A stretch of DNA of 63,484 nt, the filler included, from Craspedostauros australis (lineage: Eukaryota), in NCBI GenBank assembly GCA_030167865.1. It is 18 parts of 18 records of this genome, joined end to end, with 100 filler letters (N's around TTAATTAATTAA, not from the genome) between each part and the next. Parts side by side here need not be neighbours in the genome. Positions count along the whole stretch, not along the records: positions 1 to 24,561 come from JALAGF010000321.1; 17 more parts are not named here. One strand, 5' to 3'. Each line of letters opens with the position of its first letter. The first letter of the stretch is position 1. The translations under genes and the position numbers were made by a program. The notes under the pieces were generated by a model. The model saw only the letters and a list, made by a program, of their open reading frames with translations. It was not told where the DNA came from and made no database searches. Shown one piece after another: positions 1-10,267 of the stretch.

Positions 1-299
1 AATTTACAACACGGGCTATCGCGGTGTTTTGTTCATTGACTTTTGCACCTCATCTTCACGCAGTAACACGCACATTTGTCGTGTCGTCTCCGTGTTATTT
101 TTACTTGCAATTGCATGAGATCATGTCATGCCTCTCTCATGCTCACAGTTCCAAGAATACAATCTTGTGAGCTCGACAGCATTCCTACTACCATACGAAT
201 AACACAGTAAACAAACACTCTCCTCACCAACAACAACGACTTGATCACTCTACGTTCTCGGTGCGGTATCTTCAAACCCATCTACGATTACGTTCTATC

Positions 300-1039
300 A
301 CTTGCGATTGCTGAAGACGGTGATGGTTTTTACACTGTCAATTGCTATTTCATTACATTGCTACTCCAATGCTCTTGGTGTATTCCGTTGGTCTGCCTGA
401 TTCTCTTGGTGTCTCTCCTGACTATGAGCTGGCATGCAAGATGCTCTCTCACCATTTCTCATATTCTCTCTCTCTCTCTCTCTTTCTCTCAATATTGCAT
501 GTTCATATCACACAATATTCTGTACTTGATACATACTCTGTTGTTTTGTTCTCCTCTGGCCCATTACTCTGCAAGTAATCGTCAATGTCTTGTCTCAACT
601 CCTCCTTGTATATCTCTTGGCCATTGAATCTTTGCCTTCTTGATCTGATGTGGAGACAGATGCCAGCATGGATACATGATGACATCCTGTTGACATCAGC
701 TGTTGCCTTCCATGGTCCTTCAGATTCCATATTCCATTGATGATGCAATGGTTTGGCAAGAATATCATCATTTGAGGTTTAGTTGGGACGTACATCGATC
801 CTTGCTCAATATCATATGTTTCAGTTGGTTGATGGACGGACTGGATTCCTGATGCTCTCACAAATCATTGTTCACAAATTTCCTTCCAAAATTCTGATTG
901 TTTTCATGTGTCTGATTTCGTGATGTGATTTTCGACAATCACAGTTCACTATTGACACGAATGTAGTTTTACCGTCTGTGTGTAGAGTATAAGAGAAAAT
1001 TGGGTGAACAACGCACATACACATATGCACATCCCAACA
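300..1039 (-). mobile_element. Solo/truncated LTR of a dispersed copia-type LTR family (about 740 bp)
   Basis: The minus strand starts TGTTGGGATGTGCATATG at 1039. Co-linear similarity to 45491-45762, 43256-43342, 53627-54284, 51465-51644 and about 33690-34053 (shared blocks AGGTTTAGTTGGGA, TTCCATTGATGATGC, GCTATTTCATTAC, CTCCTGACTATGAG). No PBS, PPT or pol adjacent. The left end is approximate. Confidence 0.65.
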
Positions 1040-1894
1040 TTCAGTTGCCGATGTGAGCAAGCCAGTCAATACTTTCCATGTCATGTTGCAATAGCATAAC
1101 TTGGGTAGCATCATCAGACTTGTTGGAGTGTGATATTCTACGATTGTTGTACAAGCTTGCTGTGTTCCTTGCCATTCACTTTCTGCGACCACAGCCGACA
1201 GCCAAAATTTGATGTCGGGAATCGTCGTGATGGAGAAGCCAAAAACGTCGTTGGGGGAGGGCGGGGGCACTGCCCGTTCATTGAAGTGTCCATACTCTCT
1301 CTGTCTCTCTCTCTCTATCTCTCTATCATAGAATTCCGATTAATCCTATTGTTGGCATGTACTATACTATATTATATAATAGTGTATATTCGCACACATA
1401 TTGATGTTCTGCCCGCATCCAACTGTCCGTTCAAGGACACAAGGACAGCTGTTTGTTGAGCACTCGACACGAAGTCGAGCAGAATGATCGTATCCGAGGT
1501 TCGGCGCCGCACGCGTGTGTTACACCTACTGTAGATCGTTCGCGACATCGCTGTAGATGTCCGCAGCAGTAGTGGTTCGTAGAGTATTCACAATACAAGA
1601 TTTGGTCAAGGCTGTGCATGACGGTCAAGGACGTCTATGTTGAGAGCAGATCACAGCAAAACCATGTGTGCACCTACGCCGTCGAAGTGAAACATCGCGG
1701 GACGAGATGATTTGCAAGCATGCAACTTGGCAAGGGCAAACCAGACTCATAAACTCAGCCATCAAGAACAGTGCAATACCAAGCACCGCAAAGCTTCCGA
1801 AGCGCGTCAGTGCAATACACACCAGGTGAGTTCTATTCTGTGTTTGTCTGCATTGAACACAGCAACAATGAAGATCTCGCGCACATGTATATGG

Positions 1895-1939
1895 GCATGT
1901 GCATATGCGCATGTGCATATGCGCATGTGCATGTGCATG
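1895..1939. repeat. 45-bp perfect alternating purine-pyrimidine tract (GCATGT/GCATAT/GCGCAT units)
   Basis: gcatgtgcatatgcgcatgtgcatatgcgcatgtgcatgtgcatg read directly. Confidence 0.85.
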
Positions 1940-2564
1940 GTGGTCCCACAGAATGCGCATTGTCCTGATGGCACATACATCCCACAAAGAAAATGAAAAC
2001 GACGTTCGTGTGGCCAATGATCAAGTGGCTGAGCCGCCATGATAATATGCAAATCAGTCGCTGTACAATAGACTGGTATGGACCTAGAGAGACCGAGGAC
2101 AAAATCCCGGTTTGAAATTTCAATGGCGAAATAAAACTAATCTAGTACTTATGTTCGATCCACGCCAGTCCGCAGAACGAGAACGTGTGGACGAAGCCAT
2201 GAATCTTCGATGAATCAAGGACATGCGACACGGACAGACTGCGCCAGCACAAGAGGGCAACAGGCACAACACACCAGCAGCAACACCGTGTGCAAAAGTG
2301 ACGAGAGTGAAGGCGGCACTCCACGCAGCCTGCGTGTTACGCACACGTTGCACAAGGGTACTCGTACGATCCATCTCGCCTCGTTGGTTGTGTGCTTCCA
2401 AGAACACAGGAGGACAGCCATCTCGCCTCCATCCGTCAACGCAAGGAGATCGGAGACCCCCCAAGGCAACAGCCTCCGTGTCCGTCCCATCCCGGAAACA
2501 CATCAACGAACGGCATTATCATCCATCACTGCCTCCGATTCATCAAAGAGCTCCTCCCAATGCC

Positions 2565-2940
2565 CACAACAACAGTCACAAAACAACCACATTGCATCAA
2601 CACCACCACCAACAACACCACCACCACCAACAACAACACCAACACCACCAACAACAACGGAAACAACAACAACGGAAACAGTCACAACCGCAGAAACACA
2701 AAGGACAGCGCCCCACATCCTCCCGCAATTCCCGATCGCAGAGGCACAATACTCGTAGCACCCCCTCACAGAAACCCAGTAGAAATCCACAGACGAACGA
2801 GTACGAACTCTCTCGTTGGGTACTGACACATAATAGTACAGCAGCAACTACTACCACTACGACCACTACCACTACCACCACAACATGCCGCTCCAAACAG
2901 TAACCGTAACCACAACCACTACTACCAACCCAACTACCAA
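2565..2940. repeat. Imperfect CAA/CAC/ACT trinucleotide microsatellite region
   Basis: Runs of caacaa, caccac and actacc upstream of and overlapping the start of the 2885 gene. Confidence 0.75.
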
Positions 2941-3890
2941 TGCAATCGCCGACACAACCGTGAGCATGCTGACCAACATGCACATTGAGCACCATGAGAA
3001 CCAGAACCTCGAAAAACCAGGCCGACCCAGCGACTGCAGCGTTTCCACGGCAAGTACAGGCACAAGAAGCACAAGCAACCCTGGCTCATCCTGCTGCTGC
3101 ATCGGAAACGAATCGAGGCATCTTCTGGACATCCCAGAGATCAAGGCAGGCGCAGATGCCGCACCTACCAAGGTTCCAGAGATCGTGGACACCACTGCAG
3201 ACCATTCCTGCGACGATGATACTGCCGCCAACACCTCGGCAGACTCGGAGGCCAGCGTTCCATCCGTCTCCGCTGAGCCAAAGCGCGTGAGATTTGGTGA
3301 AGTCGAGTTCCGCATGTACCCAATGATCATGGGAGACAATCCCGATTGTCGACAGGGACCGCCGGTAAGCATCATCACATCCGTCTGTCGTGACGGGTCT
3401 GTGACGTCTAATTCCGTGGGTTCGGGAACAGGGGCTACTGCTGCTCCATTTCTACAACCGCCTTCACTCACCCACTCATCCCAACCCGTTTCCTCTTTGC
3501 AACTGCGTTCTGTGGCGCCGTTCACTACGTGGATCACGTGCGACCAATCAATTATTGCCTTTCTGTACGCGTACTCAAAAATTGCAGGTAACGATAAGCT
3601 GGAATCACTGCAATTCCAAAGCTTTTTCCATCGATGATTTCGAGACTGCCCGACCCGCCAGAAAGAGCCAGGAGGAGCTGCAGATGACCTGGGTGCATCG
3701 CAAACGCCTGCTGCGATCCGCTTGCGGCGTGACAGACAAGGAGATGCGCGAGTGCATCGTCACCATCGACAAGATCAGACGGCAGAGGCAACAGACCGTG
3801 AAGGGACAGAAATTTGAAGCCTTCAACATCTTCGCAGAATCTGCAGGACGCAGGGGCAGGCGTCTGTTCTCCCGCAAGAGCTCCTCATGA
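2885..3890 (+). CDS. Uncharacterised protein with CSRNP-N-like domain; exons 2885-3364 and 3588-3890 (about 260 aa)
   Basis: The GTAAGC donor at 3365 and TTGCAG acceptor at 3587 join KRVRFGEVEFRMYPMIMGDNPDCRQGPP to VTISWNH..FSIDDFE..RKRLLRSACGV..IRRQR in frame. This motif order is common in diatom hypothetical proteins and recurs at 34154-35075. Start codon uncertain. Confidence 0.75.
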
Positions 3891-4771
3891 AGATTGCCCA
3901 ACAGCACTCTGCCGAGCGCGGAATCGGACCCCGCACTCGTACTTGTATGGTGTTCTCCTCGCATGGAGTGCACACCATCCTGTAACCCTGCGAACGGTGG
4001 CGATAACAACTGCCAACGAACCGCACAGCAATTTTGAACGACGGCAATGTCTGCCTGGCTTACTCCACGTCTCTTCTCTTGGATAACAACAAACACGAAC
4101 ACCACCCAAGGCGACCTTCCGATGAAAGCCGCAAGGAATGCGATGATTATCATACGCAAATGTATACGAGTATCACATGTAATGCATAATACGTATTGTA
4201 TGACTGGTTAAGTGTTAGACTCCCTGCCACTGCTTTACATAATTACACACGCAAATAGTCGCAGACACCAGTGACCACATCAAGCTAACTTGCCTTGCAG
4301 CCAATTCATGTTGCGGTACGCTTCGGCAAGGAGCAGAGTGGATGTGATGCACTCTTTGGATAGTTCCAACTGTTCTCCGCTGCAAAGATGGGCTTGACGG
4401 AAGAGCTAGATTCGAGGACGATAGCTTGCCACATCAAAAACAGAACAAAATCCGGCGAGCTGATCAACAACGAACACGCCACCACACAAAAGATCTGTCA
4501 CAACAGAACAGAGAGAGTTCCGACAAACATCACAACCGCGACTGGAGCCGGAACTGGAAGCACATCGTGCCGATCCTCAGCTCCACATCTCATTAGGGCT
4601 ATACACTGTGTCATCACTTTGAGCTGCTGCATTGTCGCATTCTCGGCTGTAGCATCACAGTGCAACGCAGAACAGTACACTCCAGTCTGCAGTACATCAC
4701 TATTCCCAGCCAACAAGTCGAGCGACGGGAACGAACATTAACACGAGCATTCACACCAGCAGACCGAAAGG

Positions 4772-6016
4772 ATGGCACGCAAGAAGGTGCTGCTGATGGG
4801 CAAGGCCCATTCGGGCAAGACGTCGATGCGATCCATCATCTTTGCCAACTACCTCGCGCAGGACACGCAGAGGTTCAGCCCGACGCTGGACGTGGAGCAC
4901 CATCACGTGCGCTTCCTCGGCGACCTCATCCTCAACCTCTGGGATTGCGGCGGCCAGGACACCTTCTTCGAATCCTACTTCGAGCGCGATCGCGAGACCA
5001 TCTTCCGATCGGTGGAGCTGCTCATCTACGTCTTCGACATCGAATCGGACAATCCGGAGAAGGAGTTCGATCACTTCTGCGGCGTCCTGGAGGCCATCGA
5101 GGAGAACTCGCCAGACGCCAAGGTCTTCGTCCTCATCCACAAGATGGACCTGGTGGCGGAGGAGGATCGCGAGCCCATCCTGGAGGACCGCAAGCTGCTC
5201 ATCCGCAACTCCTGCGAAACCTACGGCGTGGAGAACTACCAGTGCTTCGGAACCTCCATATGGGACGAGACGCTGTACAAGGCGTGGTCGGAGATCGTCA
5301 CCAACCTCATTCCCAACATCGCGCTGCTGGAGAGCCAGCTCAACAAGTTCTGCGTGCAGTGCGATGCTGACGAGGTGGTCCTCTTCGAACGCGCCACCTT
5401 CCTCGTCATCAGCCACGCCGTCAACAAGGGCGAGTACCATGACTACATGCTCCCGCTGCACGTCGCCAACGGCACACTCGACAGCATATCGCACCAGGCG
5501 ATCGACAATGGCACCACGACGGAGGGCGGGACGCTGGAACCAGCATCGCTCGCATCCTCGCCGAGGACGGGCGATGTAGGTGGTCAGACAGCGGGGGATT
5601 CGTCGCTGGTCATGGCCAACAGCCTGGATGTGCCTCCCACCAACATGGATTACGTCACGGAAGCCTCCTCCATGACGCAGGATGGCGCGAAGAACATCGT
5701 CCTGTCCGAAGTACCCGCGATGCAACGACAGACCGCCGTCGCCAAGCACCAATCGCGAACGCCTCATTTCGACGCGCACCGGTTCGAAAAGATCAGCAAC
5801 ATCGTCAAGCAATTCAAGCTGTCCTGCAGCAAGGCGCAAGCAGAGTTCCAGGGCATGCAGGTCAAAAATTCGAGATTCTCGGCCTATATCGATGCTTTCA
5901 CCGCCACGACCTACATCATGGTGATCGTGTCGGATCCGGACGTGCATTCCGCGGCGACGTTGTTGAACATCCAGAATGCGCGCAGTCACTTCGATCGATA
6001 CTTTCCGAGGGGCTGA
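4772..6016 (+). CDS. RRAGA: Rag GTPase RagA/B (Gtr1 family), 414 aa, single exon
   Basis: [53 protein letters not shown], and C-terminal [17 protein letters not shown]...[12 protein letters not shown], all hallmark RagA/Gtr1 sequence. Confidence 0.96.
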   Translation: MARKKVLLMGKAHSGKTSMRSIIFANYLAQDTQRFSPTLDVEHHHVRFLGDLILNLWDCGGQDTFFESYFERDRETIFRSVELLIYVFDIESDNPEKEFDHFCGVLEAIEENSPDAKVFVLIHKMDLVAEEDREPILEDRKLLIRNSCETYGVENYQCFGTSIWDETLYKAWSEIVTNLIPNIALLESQLNKFCVQCDADEVVLFERATFLVISHAVNKGEYHDYMLPLHVANGTLDSISHQAIDNGTTTEGGTLEPASLASSPRTGDVGGQTAGDSSLVMANSLDVPPTNMDYVTEASSMTQDGAKNIVLSEVPAMQRQTAVAKHQSRTPHFDAHRFEKISNIVKQFKLSCSKAQAEFQGMQVKNSRFSAYIDAFTATTYIMVIVSDPDVHSAATLLNIQNARSHFDRYFPRG

Positions 6017-6252
6017 GGGACGGCGGTAGAGTTGTTGGGAGACATACGTACGAGTAGTCGCACAGTGATTTGTATTGGTACTATATGTAGATCTTCGACT
6101 TTCCTCCACTCGAACATGCGTGCGACCTGCAAGTACTTTTGGTGCAATGCTCTAGCACTTGCGTGTGAATAGTGTTATACTGAGCATACTCGCACTATGA
6201 CGTTCACACGAAAACACCACCAAGAGCAGCGGACTTGTCTGCTTTAGAGTGT

Positions 6253-7958
6253 CTAGTCTGTCCAATACGTCGGAAGCTGCTTGAACACCACCCCGCATTC
6301 CCGTAGCTTCACCTTGGCTGCCTTCATGCCCTGGATGGCTTGCCGTTTCTCCTCCTTATCCTTAATCTTGTCTTGGTGGAATTCCACCACGAGCATCGCG
6401 CTGTTCCTGCCGCCATCCACAAAGTCACACAGCACGTTGCTTGCGGCAACTTCCTTGACGATGCTGTACTCCGCCCCTTCCACATCCATCTTGACGAGGA
6501 TCGAGGCACCGGATAGTGCGGCAGCACTCCCATGAACGCCAGCGTTGTCTTTCAAATACCGCCCGAGCTTGCTACGGATCATGGTGCTCAGAGAGATGCC
6601 CGTCACATGAGCTTTCACCGAAGTGCCATTGTTGCGCTTTGCCGTTTTGCGAATGTCTGGCATGCTCTGGATCAAGCTCGATCCCCAGAACTGGAACGAG
6701 ACGTGGAATGGGCAAGAAAGAGAAATTAAGTCGAGCCAATACGTGCAATGGAATAAGAGCATCAATATTGAGCTGTGCAATGGACAGCGAGCGTTGGGTT
6801 GTCTATTCTCGAACGAAAAGACAAAAGGATACATAGGTAGAGACAGGTAGGTGGAAGCGAATGTGACTCTTTGCGTTCGAATGTGCCTTGGCTACCATGC
6901 ACACATGCCAAAGTCTCTCGCGCCACATTCGCATACTCTACACATCCATATTCACTCCCATGTCGATGTCGATGGAGCAAGGAATCCACTCGATCTACAG
7001 TTTGACTCACATGATGTTCCGCCGAGAACTGATCGACGTACAGCGTCGTGATCCCGTCCGTGGGTGCGACGACAGTCTCCGTCAGGATTTCTAGATGCTT
7101 CATCGGCTTCGGTTGAATGTTGTGATTGATGAAGTCCTGCAGTCGCTTCAATCGCGCAGTGAAGTGGGGATTTCCTTCCACTCCGTAAACGCAGACGTCC
7201 TCGGGTGTTGAATCGGCGACGATAGTGCCATAATGCCGTTGCAGCAATCCCAGCAGGCCGAAGGATTTGAAGCCATGCGTGTGCATCGTCAGAGTCTCAG
7301 TTTCGAAATGCGGATGCGGAAACGATTGGTCGTTGCGGTAGGCTCCCTTATGCATCGCAAAAGCCGTCACCCAGAGCGGCGAGCACACATCCAGCACTGC
7401 GTCCAGAAAGTAGCCGATGGAGTCGCCGCGGTTGGTGCCCAAGTCCAGGAATACGTGCTTGCAGGGTTCGGGTGCGTTCACGCTCATGGTTATTGCTGTC
7501 GATGACGCTGCATCCCCGTTTGCCTTGGAATGCAACTGAGCAGTTGGATCATTCGCCAACAACGAATTGATGGCTGCCAATTCCACCCTCTCCTTCTCTC
7601 GCAAGAATGGTCCCATCGACACTTCGCTTTGATCCGCAGATTTTGCAGCGGCTTGATCAATGATGGTCTGACACTCTCCGCGCAACTTGGATCTCCAATG
7701 CTTGATCGTCGAAGCATGGCCGTCACCGTTGTTGCGGATTGAAGATCGATCTTGCACACCGTCCAGCGCAAGGAACGACGGTCTCATGTCCTGCGCCATT
7801 CGAATCGTCTCCAACCCTTCATTTGACTTGGCAACTCCCCAGCATAGCGATGTGATGTAGGCGATCGTTGCCGAAGCGACAAGGATGGCATAGAAGAATC
7901 GGCCTGACAGTAGGTATCTTCGAGGTCCTCTCTTCCTTCTCACCAGTGCCGGTGCCAT
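6253..7958 (-). CDS. Type-II membrane-anchored FkbM-like SAM-dependent methyltransferase; exons 7958-7011 and 6690-6253 (about 461 aa)
   Basis: N-terminal TM segment FFYAILVASATIAYITSLCWGV. Motifs VFLDLGTNRGD, VYGVEGNP, VKMDVEGAEY, LVVEFH. Phase-0 GTGAGT...TTCCAG intron at 7010-6691. Confidence 0.8.
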
Positions 7959-8388
7959 TCGTCAATCCTCTCATTCCAGCACCGGCTGTTGAAGAACGGG
8001 AGGAATGCACGTTGTGGATAGCTCGAAGATGACGGGGTGTGATGGGGATTGAACTGGACGGAGCGCTTGGTTCCCAGCCGATTTTGTGGGAACAAACGAA
8101 ATCGTGAGAGAATCTCACAACAGTCATTTCATGGAAGGCAGGTGTAATTTAAATATACACCGAATATATGTGCAATTGAAACACGTTCCTATGAGGCTGA
8201 TGGGTAGGCGGGAATGAATGCTGACCAAAAATCAAGGATGCGAACAACACAAACCAAACCGAAGAAGAACAAGTCGTTTTTCATTTTATTGATGGCGGCA
8301 GCAACAACAACACTGCGAAGCCCAGACTCATGGAGTATAGTAGCTGGTTGAGCTTCAATAGCATCTTGTCATCGAAAGGTTGATCCCG

Positions 8389-9978
8389 ATGAGCTGCAGC
8401 AAGGCAATATCAACGCTAACAGCTACTGCAGCAACCGCGTTGAGGCGATGGCCCTTCTCGTTCCGTGTGAATTCATTTGTTGGTCAGGCAATTGTGAATG
8501 GGCGAGCCTCGATTGATGGAGCTGCTCATGCGAGTGCTGTCATGCATCGTCCAAGGTGTAGCCAATTGAGGTCGTATTCCATAGCGTCATCATGTTGCGG
8601 ATCGGTGCTTCCATCATGGTCGTCCATGTCGTCACGGCAACACTCACCTGAGCGATCGCCGTTGACATCGATGCAACCAATGACGTCATGGCACACATCG
8701 TGGATGCGACACCGATCCACGATGTCTCGATTTGGAGGATCAGACCCATTGCAGCCATCACGCTCCTATCTGACAAGGCCCGTATCCACCACTCCACGCA
8801 ATTGGGCAAAGGCAAGGAGAAGGGAGGACGCGGCCCCGTCCCCCAGGTCGATGAGGACTGTCCAGCAAATGCAGGTATCCAACGCCATACCCCCAAATGC
8901 AGTGGATGCATCCTGTCCCGTGCAAACGTACCATGCGGCTCAGACGATAGATTTGGCAGCCGTCTTTTCCAAGGTTTTTCCTGCGCAGGGTATCCACAAG
9001 GTCATGAAGAAGCGCTGCGTCATTATCGAGCTGGGACCGGCAGACAACACCAAGTCCAAATCGCCCACACCCCCAAACGCACCCACCTCCGAGCCAACGA
9101 GAGTGGAGGAAGCGCCGAGCTTGTCCAGGTTCGTTGTGGTCTTCCGGTTCGGCTCGGTCGTCTTCTTCAACGTCTCTACGAAGGACATGGCATCGATGTT
9201 GCGGAAGATCAAGAAGTGTGCGAAGCAACCCATTGCGAGCGACTTTGAAGGGAAGGAGAACTACTGCGTCCATGTCCAATCCAAGATGGAGGCCGCCGAC
9301 GAGGAGACGGCGGTCACCGGAGATTACTGCATTGTTCAGGAACTCAACATGGAATCCGCCGATGTCATCTCCAGCGTCCTCGCTCAATCTGTCGCCATCG
9401 AGACCTACAATCACTCGGTTGAAGGGCTGCTCAGCAACTTTGCGGAAATCAACGGCATCGTCCAATCGACCGGAGATCTATCCGACATCAAGCGCGATCG
9501 CCTGTTCCAGGCTGTGGCGCAGAACAACAGCATCTTCATTGACATGGTCAGCAAGCTCGGTCTGAAGAGCCGCAGTGAGACGGCGTGGAACCTCAGCCAG
9601 TACGAGCACATCCACGAGGGCATGCGAGAGGAGTTCGAGATTTCATCGCGATTCCAAAACATTGAATTCAAGCTCAATCTCATCCAGCAGAATGCCAAGT
9701 TCTTCCTCGAAGTGATGGCGAACCAAAAGAGCAACTCGCTGGAGTGGATCATCATCGTCCTCATCTTGTTTGAATGCATCTTGATGATCATGGAGATGAG
9801 CGGGTTGGGTGAGCAATTCTTTGGGACGGTGGCCAACATGATGGGGTTGGTTCCGTCGGCCTCGACGATGGTAGCGGCGAGCCCGGTCCAGCTGCCGGAT
9901 GCGCTGCCATCGGAGCTGCAACCGTCGTTTCCATCGCAAGCATTGGCCAAGGTGCAACCTCGGACAAGCGCCCAATAA
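8389..9978 (+). CDS. RMD1/RMND1 (DUF155) family protein, probably organelle-targeted
   Basis: VFRFGSVVFFN, ISSVLAQSVAIE, AW..SQYE.I...REEFEI..RF..IEFKL, KSNSLEWIIIVLI. Long Ser/Arg-rich N-terminus. Exact start uncertain (first ATG at 8389). Confidence 0.88.
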   Translation: MSCSKAISTLTATAATALRRWPFSFRVNSFVGQAIVNGRASIDGAAHASAVMHRPRCSQLRSYSIASSCCGSVLPSWSSMSSRQHSPERSPLTSMQPMTSWHTSWMRHRSTMSRFGGSDPLQPSRSYLTRPVSTTPRNWAKARRREDAAPSPRSMRTVQQMQVSNAIPPNAVDASCPVQTYHAAQTIDLAAVFSKVFPAQGIHKVMKKRCVIIELGPADNTKSKSPTPPNAPTSEPTRVEEAPSLSRFVVVFRFGSVVFFNVSTKDMASMLRKIKKCAKQPIASDFEGKENYCVHVQSKMEAADEETAVTGDYCIVQELNMESADVISSVLAQSVAIETYNHSVEGLLSNFAEINGIVQSTGDLSDIKRDRLFQAVAQNNSIFIDMVSKLGLKSRSETAWNLSQYEHIHEGMREEFEISSRFQNIEFKLNLIQQNAKFFLEVMANQKSNSLEWIIIVLILFECILMIMEMSGLGEQFFGTVANMMGLVPSASTMVAASPVQLPDALPSELQPSFPSQALAKVQPRTSAQ

Positions 9979-10267
9979 GTGTTACCTTTCTCTGTACTCG
10001 CAGTTGGTGCTCTCCATTATCAATGAAATCACTCTAGATTAAGAATATTATAGATGGGTAGCCCACGGTATCACTGCATCTTCTGCTGGATTGCATTATC
10101 ATTGTGAGAGGCGGGGAAGGCAAGCTGGCAGACAAAGCAAATGCTTCTTCGATGTCACCATGAATGCCACTTCATTTGTACTTTCACCCATTGGTTCGTT
10201 CATGCAATCGTCAACGCGTCAACAGCACGCATCTGAGCATCCCTCCCTCCATCCCTCTATCGGGCCA

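Noticed and set aside
2210..2903. Thr-, Gln/His- and Asn-rich ORFs in three frames
   Set aside because: Explained by CAA/CAC microsatellites. No frame has independent support.
4751..6109. 452-aa antisense ORF over RagA, and similar shadow ORFs over the ABCG, GH1, RMD1, desulfurase and copia genes
   Set aside because: Expected by-product of GC3-rich codon usage on the coding strand. No motifs.
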